Positions 59,671 to 64,000 of a DNA stretch of 64,000 bases are shown one piece after another. The notes under the pieces are model-generated. The model had not been told where the DNA came from and did no database searches. It saw only the letters and a program-made list of their open reading frames with translations. The stretch lies in assembly GCA_964016885.1 (NCBI GenBank), contig OZ024752.1, forward strand, positions 26,970,001-27,034,000, read 5' to 3'. Position numbers and translations under genes: made by a program. Each line of letters starts with the position of its first letter. Positions within the stretch are counted from its first letter, which is position 1. This DNA is from Eledone cirrhosa (lineage: Eukaryota).

Positions 59671-60198
59671 ATCAATACAACCCCTAGAGGCGAACTAGCC
59701 TACAAATTTAGAAGGGCCCTAAAGAAACATAATCTCAATATTAAGATAGTAGAAACACCTGGTACCTCCGTAAAAACACTTATTAGCAAGACATACCCGT
59801 TCCAAAGACCCTCATGTATAGATAAGAAATGTATAACCTGTAAAATAAGCCCCCATATTAACTGTAAAACTAGAAATGTAGTATATAGCATAAGATGTAC
59901 TGAAGGACAATGTAGAAACAAAAATGTAGTGTACATAGGTGAGACAGCTCGTAGTATAGGGGAACGAATAAATGAACACTGGCGAGACCTCCAAGATAGT
60001 AAAGAATCATCTGTGCTCTACCAACATGCTAAGATAGAACACAGGGGTAAATTAGAGAGCATAGAAATAAAAATAGAATCCACACACAAGAAAGACGCAA
60101 TGTTTAGGCAAATTACAGAGGCAGTAAGCATAAAAGAATTAAAACCAAAATTAAATAGAAAATATGAGTGGAACAGCAACATCACAACTTACAATTAA
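59671..60198 (+). pseudogene. PLE family A linker plus GIY-YIG endonuclease; 5'-truncated but uninterrupted frame
   Basis: TTPRGEL..IVETPGTSVK..CIDKKCITC..NCKTRNVVYSIRCTEGQC..YIGETARSIGERINEH..SVLYQH..RQITEA..LNRKYEW. Confidence 0.88.
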
Positions 60199-60706
60199 GG
60201 ACAAAATGAAAACACACACACACATAGAACAAACAACTTACAATTGAAAACACACACAAAATGAAAACACACACAAGACAAAATGAAAACACACACACAC
60301 ATAGAACAAACAACCAACCAACAATAAATAAATAAATAAACAAACAAATAGAAAAATATAAATAGAAAAATAGAAAAATGAACACAAACACACACAGACA
60401 CCCGGATGTGGCGCATGCGCAAACTGAGCACGCAACCCACACACAAACAAAATGGCGTAGGATAGAAGAAAGGAAAGGCACAGAAACGAAGAAAGAAATC
60501 CCCAGTCACTGAAGAGGTCACAGAGTGTGTGACGAAAGAACTATGACTATATATATATAAACAACTATCTGGTTGTGGAACCAACCAACCAACCAGAAAT
60601 TTATAAATTTGTAAATTTATAAATATTTAATAAATTAAATTGAAGTGAAAGCAACTGGTGCGTGTGTTTCTTATTGGCAGCATGACCCTCCCAAAGTGTA
60701 ACAACA
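59671..60706 (+). mobile_element. 5'-truncated PLE family A copy with 3' UTR hammerhead (60504-60548), ending in (TA)n
   Basis: AGTCA-CTGAAGA-G-GTCACA..TGTGAC-GAAA-GAAC-TA-TGACT; end CCCTCCCAAAGTGTAACAAC-(AT)n. Confidence 0.88.
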
Positions 60707-60774
60707 TATATATATATATATATACATATATATATACATATATATATATACATATATATATTTATATATACATA

Positions 60775-60807
<33 letters not shown>

Positions 60808-60865
60808 TTATATACACATATATATATGTATATACATACATATATATATATATATATATTTATAT

Positions 60866-60900
<35 letters not shown>

Positions 60901-61266
60901 CATACTTATATATATATTTATATACCCATATATATATATATTTATATACCCATATATATATATATATATTTATATACACACATATATATATATATATATT
61001 TATATACATATATATATATATATATTTATATACACATATATATATATATTTATATACACATATATATATATATATATATTTATATACACATTTATATATA
61101 TATATATATTTATATACACACATATATATATATATTTATATACACATATATATACATATATATATATATTTATATACACATATATATACATACATATATA
61201 TATATATATTTATATACACATATATATACGTATATATATATATATTTATATACACATATATATACA

Positions 61267-61302
<36 letters not shown>

Positions 61303-61312
61303 CATATATATA

Positions 61313-61380
<68 letters not shown>

Positions 61381-62135
61381 TATATATATACATACATATA
61401 TATATGTGTATATAAATATATATATATATATGTATATATATATGTGTATCTAAATATATATATATACTATATATATATTTATATACACACATATATATAT
61501 ATTTATATACACACACATATATATATATATATATAAATATAAATTAGCGAGAATCGTTTTCAGGTCAGGAATTAACGAAAATCAACGTCCGATATGTGTG
61601 GCAAGCGCTCGATGAATCATATGAATCAGAGCTACAACATACGTTAAGGGCCAAACACACTGAGATGATGGTTAAATATATCATCCGCACAGCCAAAACA
61701 AAACGACCAAGTAATTCGGGTCAAACAATAAAAAATATATGTGTTGATACTTTCCCAGACCCTGGACTGATGGTAAAATCCAGTATTGGTTTCTGCGACT
61801 CCAAATCAGGTACTGTCCGCCTACATAAAGAATGTTGGGCTTCTGGTGAGATGATGAACAAGGCAGTCGTGTTATCAACGGGTTTTGCTCCAAGATGCTA
61901 TAGATAGTGTGGCTATTACTGACCCCTCGTGGGATTCAGCAAGGGAGGTAACACCTCTATTAAGCGAATGATTCAGTTGTGTATTATTGCGAGAATGCAA
62001 AATATCACAAATCGAATAAAGCTCTCGACAGAATGGTTAAATATAACAGAGCTATTCAACAGTCAATATAAGTAACTGAAAAAAATCAATAAAATTAACT
62101 GCTCAATAGCTAGACTCTGGAGATTAATATATATA

Positions 62136-62273
<138 letters not shown>

Positions 62274-62420
62274 CATATATATATATTTATATACATACAT
62301 ATATATATATTTATATACACACATATATATATATTTATATACACATATATATATATATTTATATGCACATATATATATATATTTATATACACATATATAT
62401 ATATATATTTATATACACAC

Positions 62421-62451
<31 letters not shown>

Positions 62452-62500
62452 CACATATATATATATATATTTATATACACCTATATATATATATTTATAT

Positions 62501-62557
<57 letters not shown>

Positions 62558-62678
62558 TATATATATATTTATATACACATATATATATATTTATATACAC
62601 ATTTATATATATATATTTATATACTCATATATATATATAGATATATTTATATACACATATATATATATATATTTATAT

Positions 62679-62723
<45 letters not shown>

Positions 62724-63244
62724 CAAAATTAAGATAAATCAAATGAATTTAATCTAAATTAAAATTATGGGTGTCATGCCAGAAAAAAATGCGCCATATC
62801 ACCCGCAAAATAAGCTCTAAGATTCTAACGAGTAGATCCGATCATTTTATAATAACTAGAGATTGATTAACATATAAATAAAGATGAATAATCACAGGAG
62901 ATAAGTTTTACAAGTGTGTAACCACACATAGCTAGGTAGGTAACTAAATAAAGTTGACCAGAACTTCAAAAATAGATACCTTATAATATGATTAATCTTC
63001 CCTGTATATATTCCATTAAAGAAATATATTTCACCAATTAATCAGATGGTAAACCACAGAAGTGGAGACGTGGATTTTCAACAAGGAAGAAGTGTCAGCA
63101 ATCCGTGTTTACACTTCAAGTTCAAATCAGCGACTGGCCAGCACCACGTGTTGTATTTTCTAGAAATACACACATCATACTAGCTTCGTCCCAGTGGCGT
63201 GAATAGGGTTATCGACAACTAGAAACAGCAGTATAGACATATAT

Positions 63245-63314
<70 letters not shown>

Positions 63315-63316
<2 letters not shown>

Positions 63317-64000
63317 TAGCCGAATTACCCGTGCCTTGCTGCGTTTCACACATTTTTGTTGTAGTAAAATGATGATTGATTTTAAATCAGTGATATAATT
63401 TGTGGAGAAAAACTCTGCATTTGAATATTACTCAATGTAAAATGTAATGCATGAAAAATTGGAAAACATTATTTTTTTGTAATGGCGGTGGATTGGCAGT
63501 ATCGGTAGAGGGTCGGACGCCATGCTTTGACGCATAGAGTTATGGCCCTTGCCATTCTGAGTTCAAATCCCGCCGAGGTTAACTTTACCTTTCATCCTTA
63601 TTGGGTCGATAAAATAAAGTACCAGTAATACACTGGGTAATTGCTGGCCTTGTGCCAAAAGTAGAAACAATTATTTTTTGTAATATATTAAATCAAAATT
63701 ACATTATTAAATCTTATTTTTATTTTGTTTCTTGAAAATCATTTTTTTCAAAATATCAATTCAAAACTTGACCATTTCATTTTTGTGTAAAGCATTTGAG
63801 TGTTCCAAAATTTTCACTATAGGGGGTTTAACCCCCATTAGGGTGTTTTAATATTATTGAAATTTGCTCAAATTTTGTGAATAGGGATCAAATCTTGTCA
63901 TTAAATTTCATATAATTCGAAGGGAACATTTTTTCAGCAAAGATGGGGGTTTGTGCCCCCGGGAAACCCTTTGATTAAAATGAAATATGCCTATCCAAGT
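63315..64000 (+). mobile_element. Possible non-autonomous Helentron/HINE (DINE-1-like) element, running off the window
   Basis: Starts ACTAGCCGAATTACCCGTGCCTTGC after (TA)n, typical of ACTAG..CCCG..TTGC termini; recognised by motif only. Confidence 0.45.
63484..63669 (+). mobile_element. SINE family A, full length with TSD
   Basis: TSD ATTATTTTTT(T)GTAAT at 63468-63483 and 63670-63684. Confidence 0.88.

Overview
AT-rich eukaryotic intergenic or intronic DNA with no recognisable host gene. The SINE families and extreme (TA)n content suggest a cephalopod such as Octopus; this is inference. Almost every long ORF in the track is a (TA)n microsatellite artefact. The real content is mobile DNA: (1) a near-full-length Penelope-like retroelement (PLE; RT plus C-terminal GIY-YIG, 44022-46309, with one stop and one frameshift); (2) several 5'-truncated copies of a second PLE family; (3) many tRNA-derived SINEs, decayed LINEs (R4/Dong-like, CRE-like, L1/Tx1-like), a hAT-type MITE and a Helentron/HINE-like end. 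The main hidden signal is that most short unique islands between the (TA)n tracts are fold-back (head-to-head, two-3'-end) insertions carrying type I hammerhead ribozyme motifs. I read about 40 motifs by eye from more than 15 sequence families, many minimal with palindromic helix III and with U3-A8, C4 or A4 core variants. Three unrelated non-coding families occur as circularly permuted tandem units of about 430-510 nt (mostly about 460) with one ribozyme per unit. These are candidate retrozymes (circular-RNA-forming, non-autonomous retroelements) probably mobilised into (TA)n by the PLE machinery. All structures were folded by eye and ribozyme activity is untested.
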